A stretch of DNA of 63,015 nt, filler included, from an uncultured Methanosarcinales archaeon (GCA_964492935.1; 3 parts of 2 records of this genome joined end to end with filler, not necessarily neighbours in it); one strand, 5' to 3'; positions 17,301 to 28,000 are shown, counted from the whole stretch's first letter. A program made the numbers and translations. Notes: generated by a model not told the origin, from the sequence alone.

Positions 17301-20127
17301 GAGCCCAGTTTATATTTTCAGTCCATCCGTTTCCATTGTTTAACCAGGATCTTCTTGTAGAAGCGTCTGCTCGAACAACATCGATAAGTGCATCTCCATT
17401 CATATCGACCAGTACAACTCCTTTCTGTGCGTAGTCGGAGCCATCCATAAAGACAGCATACGCTGGAATTTGCCAGTCGTCATCTCGTTCCCAGCCTTTT
17501 CCGTTGTTAATCCAGGTGATTCTTGTTGAAAAAACGCCTTTAACGAGATCTGGAAGTCCATCTCCGTTAATGTCAATAATTCTGGTTCCTCCATCGCCAT
17601 TACGCCCTACATTATAGAATTCTGCTTCATTCGGAACAACCCATTCTGTAGAAAGTTCAAATCCATCTTCAGTCTGGATCCAAACTTTACGTTCCTGGCT
17701 TGTTGCTTTAATAATATCTATTTCTTCATCTCCATTGATATCTGAAAATCGTATGCCTGTATCACTGAACTGGTACTGTTCGAAGGAACAAGAAGTATGC
17801 TCAACTTGCTTGGCTGTGTCGTATTGAGTTACCTTGTAATGGTTGTTTTCTCCAATGTAGTCGTTATCATCAATCATACTATCTTGGCAATCCCATTCGT
17901 CGTTAAATGCATCGTTGAGATTATTTTGGTAGTCAGCATATAGCCCGATTACAACGAATGGATAGGTACGTTCCCCAGCACATCCATTTCCACATCGAGA
18001 TGTTCCCCAATATGCACAGCTTAATGAGGTTGGGGCACAGTGGATGGTGTGAGTTCCTGCATCATCGCAGATAACATCATTGAAACCATCCCAATCTCCT
18101 TTATTTGATCCTGTTGTGTCCGGTTTGCTATCTTTATCATACTTGCTGAGGTATCTATATCTCCAATAGCTATTATCCATGTCGCCGGTGAATCCATGAT
18201 CTGATCCGCCTGGTATTGTCCCTACCCAAGTATTGCTTTCTCTGTTTCCTAGAAATCCTATTCCTGCATATGCATCTACGTCACGTCCATTGCAGTCCTC
18301 ATCGTAATCATCATCTTCGTAGTAGTCATCTGTTTCTAGGTCATAACACTGGGAATCATCGCTTCGGTGTTCTTCTTCGCTTCCTCTGAATTCAAACTTG
18401 TAGCATTTATTTGATTCAGGAGTGAAACCGGTTCCACGATCTTCTTCATCTCTATCGTTTGTGTTCCATTCGGGCCGATCCCAGCTATACTCATCTAGCA
18501 TGACGATTCCTGAACCGATACATGCAGTATAAGCACATGCTCTCTTACATACTCCATTTTCGCAATGGACTCCTTGGTCTTCGTAGCCAGATGGACAATT
18601 TGCAGGTGTACAGGATCCTTGATCGGATATTTTTTCTATAAATGCAACTTCGGAGGGATATTGTTTCGTAATTGTTTGGAAACCCTTCTGAGTATTAGCT
18701 AGCGTTTTATGCACTGTCGAACTATCTTTGAAAAGTTTGACAATGTCTGTTACGGTATCTCCATCGATATCTAACAACCTCACTCCTAGGTCTGATCCCG
18801 CTTCATTAATGAACCCTCCAGGTAACAAGCCCGAAATAGTTTGCTTTTCTTCAAAACCGGAATTTTTCTTAGAAAGCCAATAGGAAAGATCTGGGGTGTC
18901 ATCCATCTTTACTATGTCGTCAAAACCGTCACCGTTAACATCCATAACTCGTACTCCCTGGTCTTGATTTTTCCCAAGGAACGCTTCAGAAGGCAGAGCA
19001 TGGCTACTGTCATAGTCCCAATCAGGAGTAGCATGTTCATAACTAAAGGTGGTTGCAGGAAACTTATTTCCGTCCTTTCCACTCATCTCAATTTTTTCTA
19101 ATACTCTCACGTGGTCTCGAAGTGCGTAGAAGAGAACGTAGCTTCGTACTATGGCCTGTTGATGTGAAACAACTATTTTGCTCAGTAGTGCGTTTTGCTT
19201 TATTTTGGTTCCATATAGGACTCCGTTGAACCCTTGCCATTCGTTTTCCGCATACTCAAATGCTATCTCATTAATTCTGTTGTTGTAGGAAATCTTAGTT
19301 AGATAAGGATAGTACTCATTTGTGAGTGTTTCGTCGTATTCGTAGTCAATAGTATTGTTGTGGAGGTCGGTTACTAGATCTAGACTCCATCTCCCTACGA
19401 AATTTTCATCTGATCGTAATTCAGAATCTTCGTTGAATCCGAATCTGTATTGTGTTCCATCTCTTGTGATGACCGTCCAGAATTCATTTTCTCCACTCAT
19501 CTGCTTCTCAATTTTCCAGAATGTTTCTCGTTCTGTACGGTATTGTGTCCCGTCTTTAATCAGTTCGAGATCGACTCCTGAGAAATGAAGTTTGAATTCG
19601 TCGTCTTCCGTATCCGAGAGTGTTCCTTTCACATCTCTATAGATGAAATTTTGATTTAATGCCCAACCTACACCCATGGTGGATCTCATTCCCGTTTGGT
19701 GGTGGTTGTAGGAAAGACTAATTGTTGGTACCAGTCCATTTCTTCCGGGAGGAACGTTGATATTCATTCCGTAGGATGCTGAACCGGTAAAGAGATCAGT
19801 TGCATAGACTCCATCAGGGGTGAATTGGTTAAAAAGATTTCCTGAGAAGTCTTTTATGACATTTTGAGTTGAGGGAGCGGCAGCTCCTAGAGATTGAATG
19901 CTTGCCCCTATTGTATTTGTTCCTTCAGTTGATTCGGGGAACGCATAGCTAGTTGCATCTTCTGGATCCGGAATTTCATTGATATCTGCGGTGTTGGTCG
20001 GTTTTTCTGAGTCAGGAATGTCGTTATCTGGCTCTGGGTTGTCGCTTTCTGCGATTGCTATGGGCATGAGTAGGACTAGGAGGATCATTAGGATTGCTGG
20101 TGTTTTTGATGGCTTTTTAACGTTCAT
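14311..20127 (-). CDS. Secreted RHS shell protein: SpvB-like N-terminus, FG-GAP propeller with Cys-rich insert, TcdB-mid-like region, YD repeats, C-terminal beta domain; lacks the RHS core
   Basis: Signal peptide; TGSASY...VPPGRNGLVPTISLSY...GVGW; repeated DxNGDG; EFRGF; many YxYDxxGN/R repeats; ends LSLSPGWNLVSIP...GQGFWIK; no DHLGS or DPxG motif. Confidence 0.9.
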   Translation of the reverse strand: MNVKKPSKTPAILMILLVLLMPIAIAESDNPEPDNDIPDSEKPTNTADINEIPDPEDATSYAFPESTEGTNTIGASIQSLGAAAPSTQNVIKDFSGNLFNQFTPDGVYATDLFTGSASYGMNINVPPGRNGLVPTISLSYNHHQTGMRSTMGVGWALNQNFIYRDVKGTLSDTEDDEFKLHFSGVDLELIKDGTQYRTERETFWKIEKQMSGENEFWTVITRDGTQYRFGFNEDSELRSDENFVGRWSLDLVTDLHNNTIDYEYDETLTNEYYPYLTKISYNNRINEIAFEYAENEWQGFNGVLYGTKIKQNALLSKIVVSHQQAIVRSYVLFYALRDHVRVLEKIEMSGKDGNKFPATTFSYEHATPDWDYDSSHALPSEAFLGKNQDQGVRVMDVNGDGFDDIVKMDDTPDLSYWLSKKNSGFEEKQTISGLLPGGFINEAGSDLGVRLLDIDGDTVTDIVKLFKDSSTVHKTLANTQKGFQTITKQYPSEVAFIEKISDQGSCTPANCPSGYEDQGVHCENGVCKRACAYTACIGSGIVMLDEYSWDRPEWNTNDRDEEDRGTGFTPESNKCYKFEFRGSEEEHRSDDSQCYDLETDDYYEDDDYDEDCNGRDVDAYAGIGFLGNRESNTWVGTIPGGSDHGFTGDMDNSYWRYRYLSKYDKDSKPDTTGSNKGDWDGFNDVICDDAGTHTIHCAPTSLSCAYWGTSRCGNGCAGERTYPFVVIGLYADYQNNLNDAFNDEWDCQDSMIDDNDYIGENNHYKVTQYDTAKQVEHTSCSFEQYQFSDTGIRFSDINGDEEIDIIKATSQERKVWIQTEDGFELSTEWVVPNEAEFYNVGRNGDGGTRIIDINGDGLPDLVKGVFSTRITWINNGKGWERDDDWQIPAYAVFMDGSDYAQKGVVLVDMNGDALIDVVRADASTRRSWLNNGNGWTENINWALPDHINFVEGSSTLMDRNGDGVPDVVYSPTQNEARSWINRADQNYLLKKIVNSQGGSIDISYLPMTSVDNTGGDGKSDLSFTGWLVNEVTSDNGVPGPHNVQGTTTYAYKNGLYDPQEKEFRGFQEVRETRPDTSIKDTLFFQDKNRKGLIKEVILQNSVFNYFARQVFNYDVIEAISTVVLLHETVDETYDGITNNPRTTKTIYNYDDFGNIIKKQFEGDTAIEGDETTEVISYSINEQKNILDRPSTILLKDDDENIVARTHLLYDGLSIQEAPTKGELTQQIRYANESDASTTITQSYNYYANGNLKQTTNAKGATTQYIYDPTKTFIIEEINSLDHITYRTLDTSTGNVVRSKDPNGFIITYEYDEFGRITKEVQPYDSVSQPTTAYQYDQDGTAPSIIQVQRREQSGTDNTFDTLSILDGFGNVIQEKSESTTDKFITKDYLLDSSQRLSKQSNPYYSDVGFTQADTSIPATSFSYDTPGRRIETKLPDGSKQTITHELWVQTATDQNHHKIRYSHNANQNIVQVEEFNKNEVYVTSYTYNPLGNLVEVIDQKGNVLSYTYDDLGRKTGMNDPDLGNWSYQYDTVGNLIEQTDNKKNTITIEYDSLDRITKKQTTEGPISYEYDQNTIGTVSKIVNQNGFVIYTYDQRKRVTQENKRIQRSPKNQPTGTSILPIDPLDKSFISKFSYDAMDRLIGKELPNGEKVIYLYNNQNLLVSIPSVIEQIEYNAAGLPVKRIYNNTIITTQSYDPQLLRVQSIQTAALQTLSYEYDQVGNVKSIEDSNNNTRKQFSYDELDRLTNAQGPFNVSYIYDSLGNMLTAFTQNEKIEYQYSNAHAPSRMKVYVLNKKDFNLSLSPGWNLVSIPYSTTEHISNILGNSLGQKVFAFNNSNNKMYVPSLFKLGNGYWIKSDSKAMVQIQGDSSASISETFSEDWYLGGVMDDNPINISQQYKNDTLYVAINGSWASYNPDKPWELNVLKSIMPGQGFWIKRRG

Positions 20128-20443
20128 ATTTGGTCACTTCTTCTTTTTCAAGATAATTGTTGTCAGAAGCGAATTTTATTGCTTCTTCTACGGTAGCAAA
20201 TTTTTTCTTTTCATCTATAATCATCGGACAATCGTTAGCCACATATTTTGAGTCGTGTTTTTCTATAAGTGCTACGTATTCTTCTTTAGAGCATTTTTCT
20301 TCTGCAGTGGTTGTGCAGCTAAGACTCCAAATCCTAAATCTTGTTATTATTTTACTATCTCCCTCGGTCTCAAATTTTTCGAAAACTGCAGTTTTCCCTT
20401 TAGCCAGTTTTCCCTTTAGTTGTATGAGGTGTTCTGTTTTCAT
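20117..20443 (-). CDS. Candidate immunity protein (108 aa)
   Basis: Small soluble ORF directly after the toxin gene with ATGA overlap; also overlaps the start of the shell gene. Confidence 0.65.
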   Translation of the reverse strand: MKTEHLIQLKGKLAKGKTAVFEKFETEGDSKIITRFRIWSLSCTTTAEEKCSKEEYVALIEKHDSKYVANDCPMIIDEKKKFATVEEAIKFASDNNYLEKEEVTKYER

Positions 20444-21783
20444 TTTATGTGGCCTGCTAAGTCATCGATGACTATAGTAAATTTATCTCCAAATTTATCT
20501 ATTATATTGATGTGTTTATTATTTGCATGCGCTGTACCTTCAGCGTGATTGACTATTCTTCTTGATTTATCAACTTCAAAATCACTCTTATAGCTATTTT
20601 TTGGAAAGTCCCGCGTTTTTCCAGGAGCTGCTCCTTTGACTTTTTGTAGATTGGGATCGAATGCCTTTCTCACTGCGTTCGCCTCATTAATAGAGCTTAC
20701 AGTAACCTCTCCTTCCTGCATCAGTGTTTTTACTTTTCGTGTTACAGATGGCTGATTTATTAATTCTTTAGCACTTCTTCCTAATAATGGGGCCTGCCCC
20801 CTTTTCCCCATCTTTGATTTTCTAAAGAAATCTCCGACCTTACCGAGGATACTTTTCCCAGTAGTTATGCCTCCTTTGGCGATTTTCCCTTCAGGTATTC
20901 CCGGCGTTAATAGATCAAATGCGGCTACTCCCCCCCAAATTACATTCCCTACAGTAGGTTCTTTTACTGCAGTTCCCAAATCATTTATACTTGCACTTGT
21001 GGTGTATGCGAACAGATAGGGCATCCAAATGGGAGAGGTTGTTGCTATGAACGATGCAATCCCCATACAGATTCCTCCACAAAGAATATTCCCAGTCGGA
21101 TCGGTGTATTTTATTGGATTATTTCTGACATAGGCGTAGCGGTTGAGGTTTTGTGGATCGTAGATATTCTGGATGATGCTGTCGGGTTGGGTGAAGCGGC
21201 GTAGTTGAGGCGAATAGTAGCGGGCTCCGTAGTAGTTGAGGCCGGTATCATCATGTTCTTGGCCGGTGAAGAGGAATCTAGTATCTCCTCCTCGGAGGAT
21301 TTCTCCAAAGGGAGTATAATCTGTGTAGCCGACCACATTTTTTAGTGCATCCGTTATCAAATTAGTACTTCCTAGGTGATCGGGATGGAAGAACTGTATC
21401 TCACCAGAGGGTTTTTCTTCTGCAAGGAGTTGATTATCTATTCGGTGGAAGATCGTGTTGAAGTCTCCAGAATCATTGTGCACGGTAACGAAATCCTCTC
21501 CCGGATAGTAGGTTATTGTTTCTCTTCCTGTTCTATCATATGCTACCTTGAGAATGCGTTCTCCGGTGTGATCGTAGGCGTATTCTTCTAGAATTCTTCC
21601 CGCAGAGGTATACTCACGTACTCTTACTAATTGATTGAGTGAATTGTATTCGTAAACATGTTCTTTGTCATCAAGAAGATTACCATTTGCATCGTAGAGT
21701 AAGTCAATTTCAAGTGCAAATGATACAGGTAGGAGTAGAACTAGTGCTATAATTACTACCGCATATGATTTTGCATATACAAT
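20440..21783 (-). CDS. Signal peptide + RHS-associated core + C-terminal toxin domain; true start unresolved
   Basis: Frame stays open upstream of the track start up to a stop at 21808-21810 and reads KSYAVVIIALVLLLPVSFA-LEIDLLYDANGN. Core motifs HPDHLGST, FTGQEHD, YYGARYY, RFTQPD, NRYAYVRNNPIKYTDPTG are present. No in-frame ATG/GTG/TTG precedes the signal peptide (ATT at 21783 used here). Confidence 0.85.
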   Translation of the reverse strand: MVYAKSYAVVIIALVLLLPVSFALEIDLLYDANGNLLDDKEHVYEYNSLNQLVRVREYTSAGRILEEYAYDHTGERILKVAYDRTGRETITYYPGEDFVTVHNDSGDFNTIFHRIDNQLLAEEKPSGEIQFFHPDHLGSTNLITDALKNVVGYTDYTPFGEILRGGDTRFLFTGQEHDDTGLNYYGARYYSPQLRRFTQPDSIIQNIYDPQNLNRYAYVRNNPIKYTDPTGNILCGGICMGIASFIATTSPIWMPYLFAYTTSASINDLGTAVKEPTVGNVIWGGVAAFDLLTPGIPEGKIAKGGITTGKSILGKVGDFFRKSKMGKRGQAPLLGRSAKELINQPSVTRKVKTLMQEGEVTVSSINEANAVRKAFDPNLQKVKGAAPGKTRDFPKNSYKSDFEVDKSRRIVNHAEGTAHANNKHINIIDKFGDKFTIVIDDLAGHIK

Positions 21784-21815
21784 ACATATCCCCCAGTATA
21801 GATTAAGTTACAATC

Positions 21816-21823
21816 TATATAAA
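21816..21823 (-). promoter_or_regulatory. Archaeal TATA box of the RHS toxin operon
   Basis: TTTATATA on the minus strand about 35 bp before the signal-peptide codons; same motif precedes many genes in the window. Confidence 0.55.
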
Positions 21824-21837
21824 TATTATGGCGATTT

Positions 21838-21971
21838 GTATGTGCATAGCACCTTCGAAATTCTTGCTCTTGACTTCTGAAGGTGCTGCGTCCCCGGATG
21901 GGGCAACCCCGCGCAACGCACTTAATTCTGAGGTATCAATGAATTTCGACCTGGTGATGCTATGCACATAC
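21838..21971. mobile_element. 134-bp MITE-like element with 14-bp terminal inverted repeats and 8-bp target-site duplication
   Basis: GTATGTGCATAGCA (21838-21851) / TGCTATGCACATAC (21958-21971), inner TCGAAATTC/GAATTTCGA; flanked by GGCGATTT at 21830-21837 and 21972-21979. Confidence 0.8.
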
Positions 21972-22005
21972 GGCGATTTAGTTGTATATGTCTTCTAGAA
22001 CGGTT

Positions 22006-25000
22006 TTACTTCTTTTTCGTTAGAATAATGGTTGCACCTAGGGCGAAGATGACTGCTCCTAGTAGGATGATGAAGGCTGATAGTAAGAGTGTTCCGTAAA
22101 AGGATGAGTCTCTGAAGGAGATGGTGGTGGGTGTTGAAGGTGATGTTGTTACCGATGGAATGGTTACTAGATTCGTTGGGATCGGTTCGTTGAAGACTGG
22201 CGTTATGGTTCGTTGCTGGCAGTCACTTACTTCTAGATTGACGGTGCGTTCATCTGCTACCCCATTGGTATCGTAATAGGCTTTGATGGTTACTGGATAG
22301 ATTCCGGGTGCTTGTTGCGTGGGCACGGTAATTGTGAGTGATTCTGACTGTGCTACATCATCGGTGTCGTCGCCATCTTCTAGTGAGATACCGAAGAAGC
22401 GTCGTTCTACGTCTAGTTCTGGGCTTTCGATGAGGATTTCTACGTCATCCTGTTCGTTGCTTCCTATATTGACGACGCGTGTGCTTAAGACGGCGGAGCG
22501 ATCGCAACTCAAGAATGAAGGTGAAAGTCGGGCACGATCAATAAGTAGCTCATTTCGGCTCTTATCTACGTCTAGGGTAAGTGTGATGATGTCTCTTTGT
22601 GTTCCGTTGTCGGAGTCTCCATCTGCCACGATTTCGATTTCATAGGTGTCTTCGTCAATGATCGAAGGGAGTTCGAATGAGAGTGTAACGGAGTCATCAT
22701 CTCCTGCTTCTAGGTCATCGATATCGGCGGTTTCGTCAAGATCGTCGCCGTCGTCGATGTCTTTGATGGTGATTTCAATTTCGATGTCTTCGATGTCTAT
22801 ATCTTCAGAGGAGCTAAATAGATTTTCTACTTCAATGTCGAACTTGATGGTGTCTCCGGGTTTGGCGTCTTTGCTGATTTTATCTCCATCATTGAGATTT
22901 TTATCGGTATCGTCATCTACGCGCACATCGATGTCCTTGATGAAGAGTTTGTCTTGTTCGCCTATGATGATATTGACGCTGTTGGATGCACTAGATCCCT
23001 CGTTGTCGATTGCAGTTAATTGGAAGACCAATGTTGAGGGCGAGGAAGGTGCGGTGAAGCTGGTTGATGATGTTGTGGTTGATGATAGGGTGACGGTCGT
23101 GCCCGCGGTCTGTGTCCAGAGGAGTGATGCTATGGTTCCATCTGAATCGCTTGCTGAACCGGATAGTGTTACGGATACGCCGGTTTCAACGGTTTGATCA
23201 GATCCTGCATTGACTGAAGGTGCTAGATTGCCGGCAGGTGTTGTAATGCTGGTTGCATTGACCAGATAACTAGAGAAGTGGGATACGTTAAAGACTACTG
23301 TTCCATCTGTGGTTGGAGCGGTTGTGGAATTGACGATCTTACAGAAGGTATCGGTACAGTCTTGTGTAAAGAATGTAGGATTCGTGGTGAAGCCGGATGC
23401 GAAGAGGATTCTTGGGTTTTGGGTGTAAGTTAAACCTTCTAACGTAATTTGTGCTTGTTTATTCAGCACGGTGTTGATGCCAGAAACATCTACTGCGATG
23501 ATTCCTTTCGTGAAATTGATGATGGTGTCAAGGCTGACTACGGTTGTAAGATTAAGAGGTTGGCTGAATACTACTTTTCCGGTTCCTGATTTGGAAACTG
23601 TTAGATTAACGGAACCTAGCTCGGTCTCATTTAATGTGCTTAGATCGGGAGTGGTGGTGAAGGTATCTGCAATCGGGAACGAGGTTGTTGTGAGGGTCCA
23701 CGCTCGCTGTAAGAGGTTGTTATTGTTATCGCGTACTTGCGCTACTACGCTGTGGGCGACTCTTCCGGATTGGTTGTCGGGAGTGTAGGTGTAGGATGCT
23801 GTATTAACGGCAGCTGTCTGATTAATTCCGTCTAGGAACCAGGAGATTGTTGTTTGTGGGAAGTCGGAGAAGCTGGTTAGAGTGAAAACTTGTGATGCCT
23901 TGCTACCGATGGTGGGATCTTCTACAGGTGAGACGGTTAATGCACATTCTTGTAGTGTAACGGTGACGTCTTTGGTTGAAACGGTGTTATCGGTGCTGGT
24001 TGCGGTAGCGGTTAGATTATAGTCTCCTGGAGCAACGGTGAGCGGCACGAAAATAGGGATGGTGAATGTTTTCTCCTCGGAGAAGTCTATCTTTTGTGAT
24101 GTTGAAAGTGCATTCACTCCTAAAGCTGCATTTGCGACGGTGACGCTTGCGTTAAGTGATTCTTGGAAGCCGTCTGCGTTCTTGACGGTGGCGCTGATGG
24201 TGCTATTTCTAATGCAGGTAAGGGTTGAGGGTGATGCAGATGTTGCAGTTAGTAAGATTTGATTTGCTTCTCCGAAAATGAGAGCTTTTGCGGTAAAGGT
24301 TGCAGCAATATCTGAGGTATCTTTCTTACCGGTTGCTTTGACGGTTAAGGTGTAGTTGCCGTTGGAGATGAAGGGAAGTGCTCCGAAGTCGATTTCTACG
24401 TCCTGGGCGGTGTTTTTGTTTAGTGTTCCTATCGAAACCACTTTGCTCAATGCTACTACGCTTCCGTTGGTGAAGCTTACATTCACTCGTGTTAGCTGTA
24501 CATCGGTTGAAATGAGATTATTGCTGAGGTTTACGGTGAATTTGAGTGTTTTTCCTGGTGAGAGGTTGGAGAGTGTAGCTGCGGAGTCTAAACTGATGTC
24601 GCCTCCGTTATCGAGCGAGGTTCTGATGTTTCCTAGGCTTAGTGCATCTACTACTTGTACGCTCATCGTTTTTGAGGTGTTGAGTTGACCGTCGCCTGCC
24701 GTAATTTTGACCCTTCTTGTTCCGTTGTCATCGGTGGTTGGAGTAAATGTGATGGTTCCGGTGGAGGAGATGTTGAACAAGCTGGTGTTGTCGAAAAAGG
24801 CGATAGTGTCTGCTTCGATGTCGGTAGCTGCTACGGTGATCGTTTTAGCAATGCCGATGACTGCCGTAATTTGATCGGTGAAATTGGTAAAGAAGGGTTT
24901 GTCGTTTACTGGCGTTACATTAATGATGACGTTGTTGCTGGTGTTTGATGAGGATGCAGCATCTGATGCTTTGAAGCTGATGTTGGTTGTTCCAGAGAAA

Positions 25001-28000
25001 TTGGCATTCGGGATGAATGTTGCAATTGCTCCGCTAATTGAAACAGATACATTGATGGGTGTTGAGGAGGTAAAGGTTAGCGTATCTTTATCTGAATCTA
25101 CGAAGTGATTGCTCAGATTGAGTGTGGTGTTGGTATCTTCTGGAATTGTGATATTTGCTATTTGATTGGAGAGGTTGAGGAAGGGTGCGTCGTTGATATT
25201 GGTAACGGTGATGGTAAATTCGTCTGATGAGGCGGTGGTGCCATCATTGACGGTTACATTCATGAGGAATACTTTTCCTACCTGGTCGTTTGTAGGTACA
25301 AATGAATGAATGAATCCGGATTGGTTGATGATGATTGAAATAGTATCATTTGCTGCAATGGTGAATGCTAATGTATCATTTTCGATGTCGCTTGTTGCTA
25401 GTTGTAATGTGAAATTAGCGCTTTGTGCTACTGACTGATTGGCGATGTTGGTGATTACTGGAGCATCGTTGATTCCTGTAATCTGGATTTGGACCTGGTT
25501 GCTTTTGGTGAGGTTTGATGCATCGTTTGCGGTGAAATTGATTGTGGTGTTACCGTTGAAGTCGGTTAATGAGGTAATGTTTACTCTTCCGTTGGTGATG
25601 GTGACTGCTATATTGTTACCGCCTTCGGATGCGAAGAAGAGTGAGTCGTTGTTGAAGTCGGTGAAGAGCTGTGTTAGATTAATGGAATCATTGAAGCTGC
25701 CTTCTGCGATGCTGAGATTGTTAATTGTTGCGGCAACGGGCTCACAGTTTTGGATGGTGAGTTGTTTTGATTCTGAAACTGAGCTTTGGTTTTTGTTGAA
25801 GAGTACTTTAGTTTCGATCGTGTAGGTTGCTGGCGTGATGTTTGCGGTGTTGATGGTTTGTGTGACTACGGATCCTGCGTTGACGTTTAATGGTAGGAAT
25901 GCAGTTGTTGTGTTAAGTTTGAGGTTGGTTTGTGTGATTGCTACAAAGACTTCCTCGCTTGCGTCCTGGCCCACATTGGTCACGTTCATGGTTAGCGTAA
26001 CGGGAGAGGTACATTTTACGGAGTTGTTGTCTAAGCTTAGATTCTGGATGATGACGTCGTGGAGCTGCTTTGAGACGTTGATGGAGAAGGAAAAATTACT
26101 GAAGCGGTGATTGGTTGCAAGACTATCATCTTCTCCTTCAAGGGTTACGGTGAAGTCGAACAGGCCTTCGGAGATGACGGCTGGGAGTTGTAGGGTGATG
26201 TCTTTTGTTATGGTTGCTCCTGCATTGATCAAGCTGTCAGATTGTGTAGTTGTTACGCCTAAGGCGGTGCTTGCTAGTGTGGTATTGATATCGTCTATTC
26301 GGATTGATCCTGCGTTATCGATGGTTATAGTTACATTGATGCTTGCAAAGGCCGAGACGTTCTGAATGATTTGGTTTTCTTGTAGTGAGCTAAATGTAGG
26401 ATTGTGAGCGAGTGCTACATTTGAGATGTTTAACGTTGAAAAGACGGTGATGGTGGTGTTGGTTGAACTTGTTAGCGTTCCATCGGATGCGGTGAAGGTT
26501 ATGAGTTGATCGCGATAGAATGTTGAATTAGGTGTAAAGGTGAATACTCCGGAGGATGCGTTTAATGTCCCGAAATTGACGTTTTTGGTGAAGATGAGGC
26601 TTGCGTTGTCGACATCTGCTGCTGTGATGGTGAATGTTATTTCTGAATCTTGGGTGATGCTTTGGTTGGTGATATTTGCGATGATGGGTGCATCATTGAC
26701 TTCAGTTACATTGACGAAGATGGTTGTGTTGCTAATTCCATTATTTGTGTCGGTAGCAATTAGTGTGAAATTGGTGAAGCCGAAGAAATTTTTGTCGGCT
26801 GAGACATTGAGGATGTTGTTGGTGATGACTACAGATAGATTTTTGGTGTTTGCTGCGGTGAAGGTGATGTTGCTGGGAATATCTTCTAGATCTGCTACTG
26901 TCGTTGAAAGGTTAGTATTGTTATTAAATTCGTCTTCTGCGAAGCTTATGTTGAATTGAGTAATTTTAGGTTGGTCATTTACTTGAGTGATAGTGATCGT
27001 TACGTTGTTGCTGCTTTCGGATTCTAATGTTGCATCGGAAGCGGTGAAACTAATGTTGAGGATGCCTGTGAAGTTTGCATTCGGGATGAAGGTTACTAGC
27101 TCTCTGGTGATGTTGATGACGATATTACTTGGTGAGGTTGCACTGAACGTTAGATTATCTCCTTCGATGTCAATAAAGTGATTGGTAAGATTGAGTGTAG
27201 TATTAGTATCTTCATCTAGCGTGATGTTTGCTATTTGATTGCTTGTGTTGAATTGAGGTGCGTCATTTACTGCCGATACATTGACGAAAATGATTGTATT
27301 GGAGGCACCGCCATTGGTGTCGGTTGCAATTAGTGTGAAATTGGTGAAGCCGTTGAAATTTGCTGAAGCGGTTACATTGAGGATGTTGTTACTGTTTATG
27401 GTTATTGTCAGGTTTTTGGTGTTTGCTGCGGTGAAGGTGATGTTACTTGCTAGCGTTTCTTCATCCTGCACCTGAAGGTTAAGGTTCGTATCATTATTAA
27501 ATTCGTCTTCTGCGAAGGTGAGGTTGAAGTTGGTGATATTAGGTAGGTCATTGACGAACGTTACGTCGATGTTTTTAGTTACCGTGTTGTTGAATCCTGC
27601 AGCATCGAAGATGGTGAGTGTTACGGCAACAGTTCCATTTTGCTCATAGGTGATGGGAACGGTTCCATTGGTTTGATTGGCGGTGGTGCCATCTCCTAGA
27701 ACGAACCTGAAGAAGGTGATATTGTTGTTATCGGTGGATGCAGAAGCATCAATGATGCCTTGGACATCTTCAGTAAAGGTAGCTGTTGCAAAAAGACTCG
27801 CATTCGGTGCTTGATTGTCGAAGATGCTATTCTGTTTACCTGGAGTTCCATTGATTTGGTTGCTCTCTCCGAGAGTTTTGAACAGTGTGTTGAATCGCTC
27901 AAGTGTTTTTCCGTTGTTATCTCCTCCGGTGGCATCATCGTAGGTTATGGTATCGATAAGCGTTCCTACACCGTTAGTCAGATTGATTGTAGCTGCGTTA

